A stretch of 55,594 nucleotides of DNA from positions 1-55,594 of the IMG/VR virus record IMGVR_UViG_3300006863_000002; one strand, given 5' to 3'. This DNA comes from a virus (Duplodnaviria > Caudoviricetes). This document shows, piece after piece, positions 44,949 through 54,202 of this stretch. How positions within the stretch are numbered: position 1 is the stretch's first letter; every line of letters starts with the position of its first letter. The notes under the pieces are model-generated. The model saw nothing but the letters and a program-made list of their open reading frames with translations, did no database searches and was not told where the DNA came from. The translations under genes and the position numbers were made by a program.

Positions 44949-47717
44949 TTATGGGTTTAACCCGACCAAAGCCCACGCACTTTGCACGACTGGCGCAAAA
45001 ATCCATCCAAGATTATTACCGCCATTCACATTGCCGTTGCTTTGCAGCGCCTGCCAATACGAGTTCTCATACCCCGAGCTGTCTGAGATATTCGTGTAAG
45101 ACAAACTCATAGCCGAAACCACAGTTGGATACGTCAAAGTATAACGAGTTCCAGGTGTAGCGCTGTTGACTGTAATTAGGTTGGCGGCGGTCCCGCTTAA
45201 CGCAAACGCTCCCGTAAATGTTGTGGTCGTGGATGCCGTAAACGTCACGGTTGCAGGCTGCACAGTATTCGTCATACCCGCAAAAGTATTATTGCCTGTA
45301 ATCGTCAATGCGCCGCTGCCGCCTTGGTTAAGCGTCGCTGCATAAACAAAACCGCCGCCAGCAAAAGTCTTGGCGCTGGCCGAGGTCATGCTGATAGTAG
45401 AGGTCGTGCCGGTCGAGGTTAAGCCCGTGCCTGTTGCACTCCAAGCCGTCGCACCTGATCCAACTACCGTAATCGTGCCGCTTGTTCCAAAAGCCAGAAC
45501 CCGAGTCAAGGCCCCTGACGTAGCAAAATTTCCAATAGACGCTGTTTTGCCATTTACATCCAGTGTTCCTGCTGTAAGCGCCAAAGCGCGAGTGGAACCC
45601 AGCGTCAAATTATCCGCAAGTTGCGCTGTGCAACCAACACCTGCAACAGTCACCGGAAAGTCCACCGTCAACCCAGCAGACGTAAATGCCTGCGTTCCGC
45701 TTGTCCCTGCAAAAGTCGTTGCAGAAGTTCCGGTGGTCAACGTCATTCCAGTCTTGAACGTCAGATTGCCGTAGATATTGCGAGCTGTGTTTGAGAGCGT
45801 TCCAGTAAAAGTGCCGCTGAACACAAGATTTTTGAAATAGCTTGTGGCCGTGGTTGCGATCGTGTCCGAGCCTGCCGACACCGTAAACGATACAGCGCGG
45901 GCTTCCGTTCCGCTTGACGACGAACTGCCGTGCGAAATTGTTCTGGTATTTGCTGTAGACGCACCGCTTAACGTCACCGACGACGTGCCGGTATAGCTAA
46001 AATTAGTTAGTGTTGCGGCACTCCAGATCGTAATATTTCCGCTTGTTGACGTGCCTGTTAGCGTGATAGCGCCGCTCGCGCCAAAGCTGATCGCACGAGT
46101 TAGCGTGTAGCTGGAAGCAAACAGACCCGTCGAAAGCGTCCGGTTGTTCGTTCCAAGATCAAGCGTGCCGGTGACAAATGTAGTCGTCAACGTCGCGCCA
46201 AGCGTCATATTATCGACCAGCCTAAACGTCCCTGTTCCTGCGGAGATATAAACCGGCTGTGTAAGCGTCTGACTGGCGTTAGTAATATTTTGCACAGATG
46301 AAGAATTTAGAAAAAATGCCGATCCTGTCCCGGTCATCGTTAAGATAGCTGACCCAACAAGCGTCAAATCTTTATGGATAAGAGGAGAAAAAGTTCCTGT
46401 CGCAAACGTCATTGTCGCCGTGCGGGAGGAAAAATCAATCGCGCCAATATTAAACGTCGCATCAAGTGTGAGCGTCTGACCAGCGTTCAAACCAGTATCA
46501 CGCATGATAACGGTGTCTTGCGGCAGAGGAAAATTGTTTACGCTAGGCGCTGTGCCGCCAGCCGTCGTTTCCCATTGTGCTGCTGACCAGTTTCCACCTG
46601 CACCAGTCGCAGAATACCAGTATTTATTTCCGCCAGCGACAAAAGTAATGTTGCTGTTGCCGCCGCCGTCGCCAAGTCGCGTTCCGGTCCACGGCGTTCC
46701 TGCCGTTCCAGCCGCCGTAATATCTTGAAAGTCCACGTCTGAAAGAGCCGCGACCGATCCATTTACGGTAATCGTCCGCGTGACACCTGTGATGAGTGTT
46801 TGGGACGATCCATTATTATCGTTGGCGTGTAGCGATATGCGCCGAACGGCAGTGTTCGCAGCCCCTAGTGTTAATGTTCCGTTAATCGTCTGGTTGTCAC
46901 CAAACGTAAACATTCTCAAACCATTTGAAGCGCGCGATGTGACGCTAAAATTATTAAAAGTATTTGCGCCGGTAATTGGAACAAAAGAGCCGCCGCCCGT
47001 GCCGGTCCAGCTAAAATCATAAAACGTAAGACCCGTCTGAGCATAGATGCCACCACCTGCCGAGTTACCGTTCACAAACGATGACGTTCCGGCGTTAAAA
47101 GTAAGATTCGTCTGATTAATCGCAAAGAAACTGCCACCTATGTTGATCGTTGACGAACCCGCCGTAAATGACCTTGTATTGGTATTATTGTTGAACTGAA
47201 AATTTATACTGACGGTTATTGTATTATTGTTTGTTACGAATGACCCAGCGTTATGCTGATAAGACCCTGCCGTTGACAAAGCGCCGCCTAGCGTCCACTC
47301 GCCACCCACGCCGTTAATATTGACCGTGCTGCCAGACCCAGCGGTGATGCCCACCGCATTAGTCGTAATTGTTTTGCCTGTCGTCGTCGCCGCAAACGTC
47401 AGCGCACCGCTGTAAGTTGCTGCGTAATACGTCGATATGGGGTTTGTCCATGAGCCATAGACATTGAGCGCAGCGCTGCCCGCCAACGTCATCTTTTTTA
47501 GGGGATCGGTGATACTAACAGTGAAGTCCGCGCAGTTTGCCGTAGCATCTACGGTTACTGTAAACGTCCCCGTATAAGACGCGTTATCAAATATGACATT
47601 GTCCGCAGATGTTGGAGGCACAGAATATTTTGTGCTGCCGCCAGAGGAAGTAGCCCAATTTGCGGCGGTCGTCCAGTTAGAAGGCGTAGTAGTGCCAACC
47701 CAATAATAGTCAGCCAT
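44949..47717 (-). CDS. Large T/G/S-rich beta-solenoid fibre/adhesin protein
   Basis: YYWVG...NW..SSGG...VPPTSADNVIFD, internally repeated; GNNLGWIF C-terminus. Confidence 0.75.
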   Translation of the reverse strand: MADYYWVGTTTPSNWTTAANWATSSGGSTKYSVPPTSADNVIFDNASYTGTFTVTVDATANCADFTVSITDPLKKMTLAGSAALNVYGSWTNPISTYYAATYSGALTFAATTTGKTITTNAVGITAGSGSTVNINGVGGEWTLGGALSTAGSYQHNAGSFVTNNNTITVSINFQFNNNTNTRSFTAGSSTINIGGSFFAINQTNLTFNAGTSSFVNGNSAGGGIYAQTGLTFYDFSWTGTGGGSFVPITGANTFNNFSVTSRASNGLRMFTFGDNQTINGTLTLGAANTAVRRISLHANDNNGSSQTLITGVTRTITVNGSVAALSDVDFQDITAAGTAGTPWTGTRLGDGGGNSNITFVAGGNKYWYSATGAGGNWSAAQWETTAGGTAPSVNNFPLPQDTVIMRDTGLNAGQTLTLDATFNIGAIDFSSRTATMTFATGTFSPLIHKDLTLVGSAILTMTGTGSAFFLNSSSVQNITNASQTLTQPVYISAGTGTFRLVDNMTLGATLTTTFVTGTLDLGTNNRTLSTGLFASSYTLTRAISFGASGAITLTGTSTSGNITIWSAATLTNFSYTGTSSVTLSGASTANTRTISHGSSSSSGTEARAVSFTVSAGSDTIATTATSYFKNLVFSGTFTGTLSNTARNIYGNLTFKTGMTLTTGTSATTFAGTSGTQAFTSAGLTVDFPVTVAGVGCTAQLADNLTLGSTRALALTAGTLDVNGKTASIGNFATSGALTRVLAFGTSGTITVVGSGATAWSATGTGLTSTGTTSTISMTSASAKTFAGGGFVYAATLNQGGSGALTITGNNTFAGMTNTVQPATVTFTASTTTTFTGAFALSGTAANLITVNSATPGTRYTLTYPTVVSAMSLSYTNISDSSGYENSYWQALQSNGNVNGGNNLGWIFAPVVQSAWALVGLNP

Positions 47718-47907
47718 TGTTCACATCCTCTGGGGGATTTACCGCCGCAAGCCACGCCGTATAACGAGTCTGCATTTCGGCTTGAATTTCTTCTGCCGTC
47801 ATCGAACCTTCTGGAATGACAATCGCGTCCCGATAAACGAGCGGATACTCACCCATTTCAAAGAAAATAGAGACCATTCCATCCGGGAGCAGCGTCGTCT
47901 CAACCAT
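47710..47907 (-). CDS. Small fibre-associated protein
   Basis: YRDAIV...MQTRYTAWLAAV; typical neighbour of such fibres. Confidence 0.65.
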   Translation of the reverse strand: MVETTLLPDGMVSIFFEMGEYPLVYRDAIVIPEGSMTAEEIQAEMQTRYTAWLAAVNPPEDVNNG

Positions 47908-47909
47908 AA

Positions 47910-48302
47910 TTAAAATCCTTGCACTCTACTCACCATCTGCCACTTGCTTGTCGCCGCTACCCACATAAATCCGAAATAATCGTATTTATTGTTGCTTGAC
48001 GACGCAGGCAGCGAAATGTCCGTAGACCCCTGGAATTGCGTCCCAAACGACAACGTGTTCGCCGCCGCTGTCGTAATCAAACGCAGCATCAAGCGCTGCC
48101 CATCTGACGGAGTTCCCGAAGGATTTGCGATTGTAAGCGTTCCCACATTCGTCGTTGTAGTGGTCGCCAGATCTGTCGTAGACGAGTCCATCGTCAGCGA
48201 TCCGCCCGAAACCGTCGTAACAACGACTCGATAACTTGATCCGCCGCCGCCAGTTCCCGAAAAATCAAATGTGCCTGTGAAGGGATTAAAAACCCATGCC
48301 AT
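47910..48302 (-). CDS. Fibre-associated structural protein
   Basis: FNPFTGTFD; ANPSGTPSDGQRLMLR; KYDYFGF. Confidence 0.7.
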   Translation of the reverse strand: MAWVFNPFTGTFDFSGTGGGGSSYRVVVTTVSGGSLTMDSSTTDLATTTTTNVGTLTIANPSGTPSDGQRLMLRLITTAAANTLSFGTQFQGSTDISLPASSSNNKYDYFGFMWVAATSKWQMVSRVQGF

Positions 48303-48306
48303 GATT

Positions 48307-48582
48307 TTAACTCCGCGTCACAGTCAGCAGATTATTCGATCCGTCATACGTGAGCGTCAGCGTCGCAACCGTCGTGCCGCCAGACCCGCCTAATTTATAA
48401 ACCACGCTCGTCAAATTTGTGCCCGTATAAGAACACGAGATATAATCGTATTCCGCAGGGCTCAAAGGCTGAAATGAAATTACCGCAGGCGCATAAGTGC
48501 CTTGCCCGTCCGACATCGGAACGAGCTTCGTGGCCACGCCCGTCTGATAATCATACATTTTTGCATCAGGAGTGATGGCCAT
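48307..48582 (-). CDS. Small structural protein
   Basis: YKLGGSGGTTVATLTLTYDGSNNLLTVTRS. Confidence 0.7.
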   Translation of the reverse strand: MAITPDAKMYDYQTGVATKLVPMSDGQGTYAPAVISFQPLSPAEYDYISCSYTGTNLTSVVYKLGGSGGTTVATLTLTYDGSNNLLTVTRS

Positions 48583-48602
48583 TTCTTTTCTCCAAAATCA
48601 CC

Positions 48603-48632
48603 TAAAAGGTGAGGGGCACAAGGCCCCTCGCG
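48603..48632 (-). terminator. Intrinsic terminator
   Basis: GAGGGGC-CTTGT-GCCCCTC-ACCTTTT on the minus strand. Confidence 0.5.
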
Positions 48633-48638
48633 CAATTC

Positions 48639-49145
48639 TTAGTTATACGCCCACGCAAAAGTCGTAGCGCCGCCCGTGTTGGTGCAAATCACCGAGCGAG
48701 TCACCGCACCCGTCGCACTAACCGCCGAGCCATAGGTGCCGGTGGCATACGCCGTGCCATTCGTGACCGCAGCAAGAGCGCCATTCAGCGCAGCCGCACA
48801 GGTCGGGAGCGCAGCAATCGTGCTGGTCGGAAGCGCGATATAAGTCGCAACGGTCGAGCCCGAAAGCACATAAGCGCGCAGCTGCGACGTGCTGATCACT
48901 TCCGTCTGCGGATTAACGCCATAAGCCAGATTGGTGTCAGCCGGGATCGTCTCAGAACCCGTCAGCGGCAGCGTCGTAGCAAAACCAGAAAACGGCGAAG
49001 CAGTCGCCTGCGGATAGCCATTCGGGCCATTCACAGGATTCGTCGAGGGCACATTCGTATTGATCGGCCACTGACCAGCAGCAAAAGCGGAGCCTACACC
49101 CAGAAGCGCAAGCAGTCCGCCGTAAAGAGCAACTTTTTTCATCAT
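48639..49145 (-). CDS. Signal-peptide-bearing protein, possibly a virion decoration protein
   Basis: MKKVALYGGLLALLGVGSAFA-AG; LTGSETIPADT. Confidence 0.75.
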   Translation of the reverse strand: MMKKVALYGGLLALLGVGSAFAAGQWPINTNVPSTNPVNGPNGYPQATASPFSGFATTLPLTGSETIPADTNLAYGVNPQTEVISTSQLRAYVLSGSTVATYIALPTSTIAALPTCAAALNGALAAVTNGTAYATGTYGSAVSATGAVTRSVICTNTGGATTFAWAYN

Positions 49146-49411
49146 TTGCCTCTTATGAGCGAGATAGCTCCGCGCAGTCCGTCACTCTGCACGGGAGAAC
49201 CAACATTCTGGGTGACGCCAGACTCAAAATCAGGATTTCCCGGCACAAATCTGTCCGGGGCCTGATAATTCGCATTACCTTTTCGGGCAACTTTTTCGAA
49301 CATGCCGTCTTTCGACAGTTCATATCCGACCGAGTGCTGCACGCGGCTGTTATTCAGCCCTCTGAGCGGGCGTTCAGCCAGCACTTTTCCGCTATTCTTT
49401 TCGTTCGCCAT
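49142..49411 (-). CDS. Hypothetical protein
   Basis: Coupled to the downstream gene. Confidence 0.65.
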   Translation of the reverse strand: MANEKNSGKVLAERPLRGLNNSRVQHSVGYELSKDGMFEKVARKGNANYQAPDRFVPGNPDFESGVTQNVGSPVQSDGLRGAISLIRGK

Positions 49412-49629
49412 GTCAAACCCCTTGCCTCGCGCAAAAAGCGCCTATAGGATTGTGGCGCATACCACTTTCGCGCGCGCGAGCCACCCAGTCAACCCAGATT
49501 TCTCACAAACCTGCTAAAAATGGCCCTGACTTACCAGCACCTTCAACACATTATGCAGACAATTCACAACAATCGCCAAGCCCACCAGTCTGATGGCAAA
49601 ACTGAGAAAAAATTCCCAGTCCGGCGGCA

Positions 49630-50100
49630 TCATAGCGGGGTCCGCTCCATCCAGTGCAGGATCGGGATGATCTTTTGCCTTTCCGCCCTCTCCATCGCCC
49701 CTTTCAACGTGGTCTCCACCAGCGTCAGGTCCGGCGTTTTGCTTAAATGCCTCGCCGCCACGATCCCCAGCGGCTTTTTATCCGGCCAAACCATCTCCGC
49801 GATCGGAAAATACAAGTCTCTAAGCTGATTTTGGCCCTGTTCAACCTCTGTCAGCTTACATTCGATCAACACAACCCGCTTCGATCCCACAATAATAAGG
49901 TCCATCTGGCAATGCCCTGGACCATTCATATCCTGAAATTCAAACCATTGCCCGTGTTCCGCACGCGGGATCGCCGCCGACAGCGCCTTTTCATAGCGCA
50001 ATCCTGCCGCTTTCGCCCCCTTCGGCCTGCTTCTCGGGATATGTGCGGGGCGCAGACACATCGCTGCATACTGCAACCCCACAATCGAGCGGTATGACAT
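49630..50100 (-). CDS. PD-(D/E)XK nuclease (resolvase-like)
   Basis: GLRYEK...QMDLIIV...LIECKLT...QL. Confidence 0.7.
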   Translation of the reverse strand: MSYRSIVGLQYAAMCLRPAHIPRSRPKGAKAAGLRYEKALSAAIPRAEHGQWFEFQDMNGPGHCQMDLIIVGSKRVVLIECKLTEVEQGQNQLRDLYFPIAEMVWPDKKPLGIVAARHLSKTPDLTLVETTLKGAMERAERQKIIPILHWMERTPL

Positions 50101-50103
50101 CCA

Positions 50104-50307
50104 CTACTTACCTTTTTCCGGTGAGGGTTTCCTTTCGGCCACCCAAATCCAGATTTCCTTCCCCCTAACCTCCAGCATCAATTCGCCGTTCGGATAGTCT
50201 TTCGGGGAAAACTGTAAAAACCCGTGCGCCCGGAGAGGAAAGGGGCCTTTTTCGACCCCCTCGATACTTAACTGCCCCGCCATGACGCCCAGTTTATACC
50301 GCATCAC
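50104..50307 (-). CDS. Hypothetical protein
   Basis: Operon packing. Confidence 0.5.
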   Translation of the reverse strand: MMRYKLGVMAGQLSIEGVEKGPFPLRAHGFLQFSPKDYPNGELMLEVRGKEIWIWVAERKPSPEKGK

Positions 50308-50468
50308 TTCTTCTTTTTGGCTTTCGCAGGCAGCGCCTTCATCGCGCCCTTGCCTTTGACCTCAAACTCCCGTCCGACGCTTTGGGGAATGCCCAAACGC
50401 TTCGCGGCCTTGGGGTCATGCGCCACCATCGCCATCATTTTCGCCTGTGCCTTTGATTTTGCGGGCAT
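50304..50468 (-). CDS. Small basic phage protein (54 aa)
   Basis: MPAKSKAQAKMMAMVAHDPKAAKRLGIPQSVGREF...; AGGAG RBS. Confidence 0.7.
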   Translation of the reverse strand: MPAKSKAQAKMMAMVAHDPKAAKRLGIPQSVGREFEVKGKGAMKALPAKAKKKK

Positions 50469-50469
50469 A

Positions 50470-51345
50470 TCAAACTCCTGTCATCGTCACAATCACGGAC
50501 GGGATAGCGGGCCGTGCAGGGCTTACGCCCGGAACCGCCGCTTGCGCCGCCTGTGCAAACAACCGCATATTCACGTCCAGCGACCACCACGCCAATTCCA
50601 GATAATCCCCCGCCGCCAATGGCAGCACAAAATTCCACGCCGCCACGACCTTCGCATTGTTATTGTTCGCATCGCTTGTCGTATTCGACCACGCTAGCGG
50701 CTGCCCGTTTTTCTTCAGCCAGACCTCAAAAGTGTCCTGCCCGGAGTCCGTTTTGTCGAACTGCGCGGAAAACTGTAAATTATAAACCCCCGCTCGCGTC
50801 ACGGTGATCTGCGAGCCGCTGACGATGCTAATTCCCAGCGACGAGTCCACCGTGTTGAGCGTCATAATCTGCTCATTCGCCGCCGTCGCGGGAGGCGAAG
50901 TCGGCTGGATCGTCGTGTCATACGCCGAAATGTAATCGCTTGACGCAGCTGACGCTATCGGCAGAAACGAATAAGACCATTTCCGCAATTCCTGCGCCAC
51001 AAACATGCACGCCGATGTCCCTCGCTGCAAAATCCCGACATCGCCCGTCACCCCGTCGATGCTGGACCCGCCGTCCGCAAACACTCTCATGTCCGTCGTG
51101 GAATTGTTGTAGACCAGCACAACCTTGCCCGGAAGCGCCACCGGCAACGTCACGCCCGCGCCTGTCGCCCCAACCGTCGCGACATTCGCAATGGCCTCAG
51201 TAATCTTTTGACTCGTCGCCCTCGTCCCGCCAATCGTGGCCGTCAGCGGCTTACTCCACGACCAAACCGGGTTCGCTAAAGTCTCATCCAGCGTTTGACC
51301 GCTTTGCAATCTTTTCCCGAAATCAAACGGCTGGGGAAGCGTCAT
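50470..51345 (-). CDS. Virion protein: shared N-domain plus C1q/TNF-like C-domain
   Basis: SQITVTRAGVYNLQFSAQF...VWLKKNG...AAWNFVLPLAAGDYLELAW. Confidence 0.7.
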   Translation of the reverse strand: MTLPQPFDFGKRLQSGQTLDETLANPVWSWSKPLTATIGGTRATSQKITEAIANVATVGATGAGVTLPVALPGKVVLVYNNSTTDMRVFADGGSSIDGVTGDVGILQRGTSACMFVAQELRKWSYSFLPIASAASSDYISAYDTTIQPTSPPATAANEQIMTLNTVDSSLGISIVSGSQITVTRAGVYNLQFSAQFDKTDSGQDTFEVWLKKNGQPLAWSNTTSDANNNNAKVVAAWNFVLPLAAGDYLELAWWSLDVNMRLFAQAAQAAVPGVSPARPAIPSVIVTMTGV

Positions 51346-51348
51346 GGC

Positions 51349-51552
51349 CTACGGCCCTTTCTTCGCGGGCATCCACCCGCATTTCAGCGCCACGCCGACC
51401 GCATTATGCTCTCGGATCTGGGCGATTGTCGGTTTCGTATCGTGCTTGGAATAGTATATCGCTTTTGCGACCTGACAAAAAGAGGCGCTTGACGGCTCAA
51501 TCCCGTCTGAAGGGGTCGTCGTCTGGCACGCTGTCAGGGTTGGCAGCAACAT
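51349..51552 (-). CDS. o-spanin (Rz1-like lipoprotein); start may lie further upstream
   Basis: LTAC lipobox; FCQVAKAI...QIREHNAVG..C; overlaps the i-spanin. Confidence 0.75.
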   Translation of the reverse strand: MLLPTLTACQTTTPSDGIEPSSASFCQVAKAIYYSKHDTKPTIAQIREHNAVGVALKCGWMPAKKGP

Positions 51553-51733
51553 GAGCCCGAACAGCTTCCCGCGCCGCGACAGCGATCTGTGCGTCCCGAA
51601 CCTGCTTCCGCAGGGCATCAAGTTGCGCTTGAACTTTTCCGGCATTCACCAGATCTCGCTCGTAAAGCCATTCAAACATTTTGCCCACGGCGCTGAAAAG
51701 CGCCGAGAGCAACGCTATCGCGGCGGGGATCAC
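51497..51733 (-). CDS. i-spanin (Rz-like)
   Basis: N-terminal TM, coiled coil, DDPFRRD end. Confidence 0.75.
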   Translation of the reverse strand: MIPAAIALLSALFSAVGKMFEWLYERDLVNAGKVQAQLDALRKQVRDAQIAVAAREAVRAHVAANPDSVPDDDPFRRD

Positions 51734-51936
51734 TGCTGTTTCGTTCCGCCCGTCACGTTACTATCCTTCGCAGACGCGCCAACACCCAGCACCGCTAAGA
51801 TCGGAGGCCAAATCTGGTCGAACGGCGGAAGCGGGATGCTCGACGGCCAAAAGCCCGCATACTGCAGCACATACGGAATTACCGCGATCAGCGCGGTGCT
51901 TGTGGTTTTCCAGTTCACTGTCAGTCCCTTAAACAT
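51730..51936 (-). CDS. Holin
   Basis: NWKTT, two TM segments, AKDSNVTGG. Confidence 0.75.
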   Translation of the reverse strand: MFKGLTVNWKTTSTALIAVIPYVLQYAGFWPSSIPLPPFDQIWPPILAVLGVGASAKDSNVTGGTKQQ

Positions 51937-51948
51937 CGTTCGCTCCTT

Positions 51949-52107
51949 TTAGTTACAAGGCCGGGACGTGCCATCCCGCAAAAGGCATTCCACAAACTTC
52001 GCGTCATCGCGAGTGCTCTGACATCCGGTCAGCATCATGGCCGTCCCAAACAGCACCAAACACGCCAACGTCGCGCAAATCACAAATCTTACAGACTCTT
52101 GCAACAT
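51949..52107 (-). CDS. Small lipoprotein (52 aa) in the lysis cassette
   Basis: MLQESVRFVICATLACLVLFGTAMMLTGC lipobox; TGATG-coupled to the endolysin. Confidence 0.6.
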   Translation of the reverse strand: MLQESVRFVICATLACLVLFGTAMMLTGCQSTRDDAKFVECLLRDGTSRPCN

Positions 52108-52700
52108 CACGCAGCCCCTTTCGAAGCGGCCTTTTGCCCGGACACTTTCTGAGCCGCAGGCGCTTGGGGCACCGGGATTTGTTTGGCCTGCCGCAGGGCA
52201 TCTTGGAAAGCCAGCGCATAATGCGCCACTAGCTTGGCCCGATCCGTTCCATTTATAATCTGCCGCGCCCCGACGTAGTTCGGCTTTTTCCCCGGAACGA
52301 TATAATCCGCCAGTTTTTTCCCCGTGAACATCCCTTTAATCATCCCGCGAAAGCAGATGTCGAGGGCGATCGGCCATTCCAGCGCTTTGTCAGCCGGATC
52401 GACTTTGAAAAGTTTGTAATTCCGCTCCCACGTGATCTGGACAAGACCTCGCCCGTAAAACGGAAAATAGGGTTTGGACTGCAGGTATTTCTGCCCGCCC
52501 CGCTCCCGAATAGGCTGCATCTCGAACGCCGTTTCGTGCACGACAGTCGCCAGTAGATAGGCCAATTCGTCGTCCGACATTGACGGCCACGAGTAATCGC
52601 GGAAATCCAAAATCCGCGTCATCCCATCGACCTGCTTCGCGGTGAGGCGTCCGCCGAACACTGCCCGCCTTACTCTATCGAAAAAGTATTCTTCGTTCAT
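52107..52700 (-). CDS. Endolysin, GH19 chitinase/lysozyme-like
   Basis: LAYLLATVVHET...PIRE...YGRGLVQITWERNY...ARQIING. Confidence 0.88.
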   Translation of the reverse strand: MNEEYFFDRVRRAVFGGRLTAKQVDGMTRILDFRDYSWPSMSDDELAYLLATVVHETAFEMQPIRERGGQKYLQSKPYFPFYGRGLVQITWERNYKLFKVDPADKALEWPIALDICFRGMIKGMFTGKKLADYIVPGKKPNYVGARQIINGTDRAKLVAHYALAFQDALRQAKQIPVPQAPAAQKVSGQKAASKGAA

Positions 52701-52867
52701 TTCCGCCCCGCTCGCATATTGTCCACGAGGTTCGGGTAAGGCCGTCCAGCCTTTTTCGCGGCGGCTTTCGCGCTCGCCTTTTGCTTCGGGGAAAGAGGCT
52801 TCGGCTTGCCGAGTTCCTTCGGGCGGGGCTTTTCCCATACAGGTTTGTTTTTGCTGGGCGCAGCCAT
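52697..52867 (-). CDS. Small basic phage protein (56 aa)
   Basis: MAAPSKNKPVWEKPRP...AGRPYPNLVDNM. Confidence 0.7.
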   Translation of the reverse strand: MAAPSKNKPVWEKPRPKELGKPKPLSPKQKASAKAAAKKAGRPYPNLVDNMRAGRK

Positions 52868-52868
52868 G

Positions 52869-53129
52869 TCAGCAATTCCACGCGCGAAGCGATTTATTGA
52901 TCCGGCTATCCGGGTCTTTCGCGGTCTTTTCGCTCGTAAGTTTCGCTTTCATCCCCTTCATCCGCGCGCAAAAACTTTTCCGCCGTTTCGCGTCGGACTC
53001 AGTTTTGGGGTGCGGGGCGGGAGGTTTCAGATTATGGCCTTCGGCCTTGGCGCTCGCTCGGCCTTTCGCGTTCAGCCCTCCGGCTGGGTTTTTGCCCTCT
53101 TTTCGCGTCCATGCTGGGGTTTTAGGCAT
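52869..53129 (-). CDS. DUF6321-like basic protein
   Basis: GKNPAGGLNAKGRAS...RRKSFCARM...SRINKSLRAWNC. Confidence 0.8.
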   Translation of the reverse strand: MPKTPAWTRKEGKNPAGGLNAKGRASAKAEGHNLKPPAPHPKTESDAKRRKSFCARMKGMKAKLTSEKTAKDPDSRINKSLRAWNC

Positions 53130-53979
53130 TTGGGGTCAGCCTTTTCGCCATGTATTCCGCCCGGATACGGTCGCGTTCCGCAGCTTCCGCTTCCCGCTTC
53201 GCAATCGCATCGCCCGTTGCGTCGAACCGCGCTTGCTGGACTTCGGCGGCGGACGGGGCCGGAATTGGAGTATGCGGGACAAACGGTTCCCCGTCAACGT
53301 CAAGTCCGGGGGCCATGCCCAAAGAGTCCGCAAGAAGGGGTCTAACGTGCGTCACGCTTTCGGAAAGCTGTGGGGAAGAGTTGCCCGTCAGAGCCGCAGG
53401 CGCGAGGCGCGCTTCGAGGGTTTCGGGTTCGGCGGTTTGCGGGGCGACGAAGTTGATCTGGAGCGCAAGGCCCCCGGCGTTTCCGCCCAGCGAGACGCCC
53501 TGTTGTGGGGACGGCCCGCCCTTCGCAGTCGGGATCGAGCGGTCCGCCATGGTCGTGAACAAATCCATAAGTTCGCGCTTCGTGAATTTATCCGGGTCCG
53601 CCTCAAACCGTTCCTGAAGTTCTTCCAGCACACTTGTCCCCAGCGACGCCATCCGCTGATGCACGTCCACGTAAACCTCATGGAGTTCCTCCGCGTAGAA
53701 AGAAACAAGTTCCTGAAACGCTGGGTCGTTTTTAAGGTCCGAAATCCGTGAGCCCGTGAGCCCCGTGAGCGCGGAGCATTCCAGCAACGATTTTCCACTG
53801 GCCACCGCTTTCGCGAGCAGATGGTGGTTGTATCGCAGCGTCTTGAGCCTCGGAATGCCCTTCGCCCCCTCCACCTGCGGGTCCCAGAGCGCGGCGATGT
53901 CGGTTTCAGAAAGGGCGCGGGGAGGCCCGTAAATTATCGGGGCGGGGCGTCTGCCTTTTCCGGGCGGGGCGATATACAT
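53122..53979 (-). CDS. HTH protein, candidate terminase small subunit
   Basis: HHLLAKAVASGKSLLECSALTGLTGSRISDLKNDPAFQEL; first gene of the late arm. Confidence 0.55.
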   Translation of the reverse strand: MYIAPPGKGRRPAPIIYGPPRALSETDIAALWDPQVEGAKGIPRLKTLRYNHHLLAKAVASGKSLLECSALTGLTGSRISDLKNDPAFQELVSFYAEELHEVYVDVHQRMASLGTSVLEELQERFEADPDKFTKRELMDLFTTMADRSIPTAKGGPSPQQGVSLGGNAGGLALQINFVAPQTAEPETLEARLAPAALTGNSSPQLSESVTHVRPLLADSLGMAPGLDVDGEPFVPHTPIPAPSAAEVQQARFDATGDAIAKREAEAAERDRIRAEYMAKRLTPNA

Positions 53980-54013
53980 GCAAGCTCCAATGGGTTAAGT
54001 CCATTAGAGACTG

Positions 54014-54042
54014 AGTATATCATGGCTCTGACCCTACAGCAA
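54014..54042 (-). promoter_or_regulatory. Sigma70-type promoter for the late arm
   Basis: TTGCTG-17 nt-TATACT on the minus strand. Confidence 0.6.
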
Positions 54043-54202
54043 CAAGGGTTGTCGATAGGACAAAGGGGGTTTATTTAGGCCCATTACCTTTTTTCCACTC
54101 CGACAAATGTTGGATCGGCAAAGCATTACAACAATCCCCCGCTGGGCCATACCCCCGGTTCATCTGGGCGGGATTGATCTGGGGCGCGGACGCCCCAGAC
54201 TA

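Noticed and set aside
52642-53751. 369-aa plus-strand ORF (likewise 36810-37826, 30538-31365 and 23889-24623)
   Set aside because: Antisense to recognised late genes; Arg-rich shadow translations
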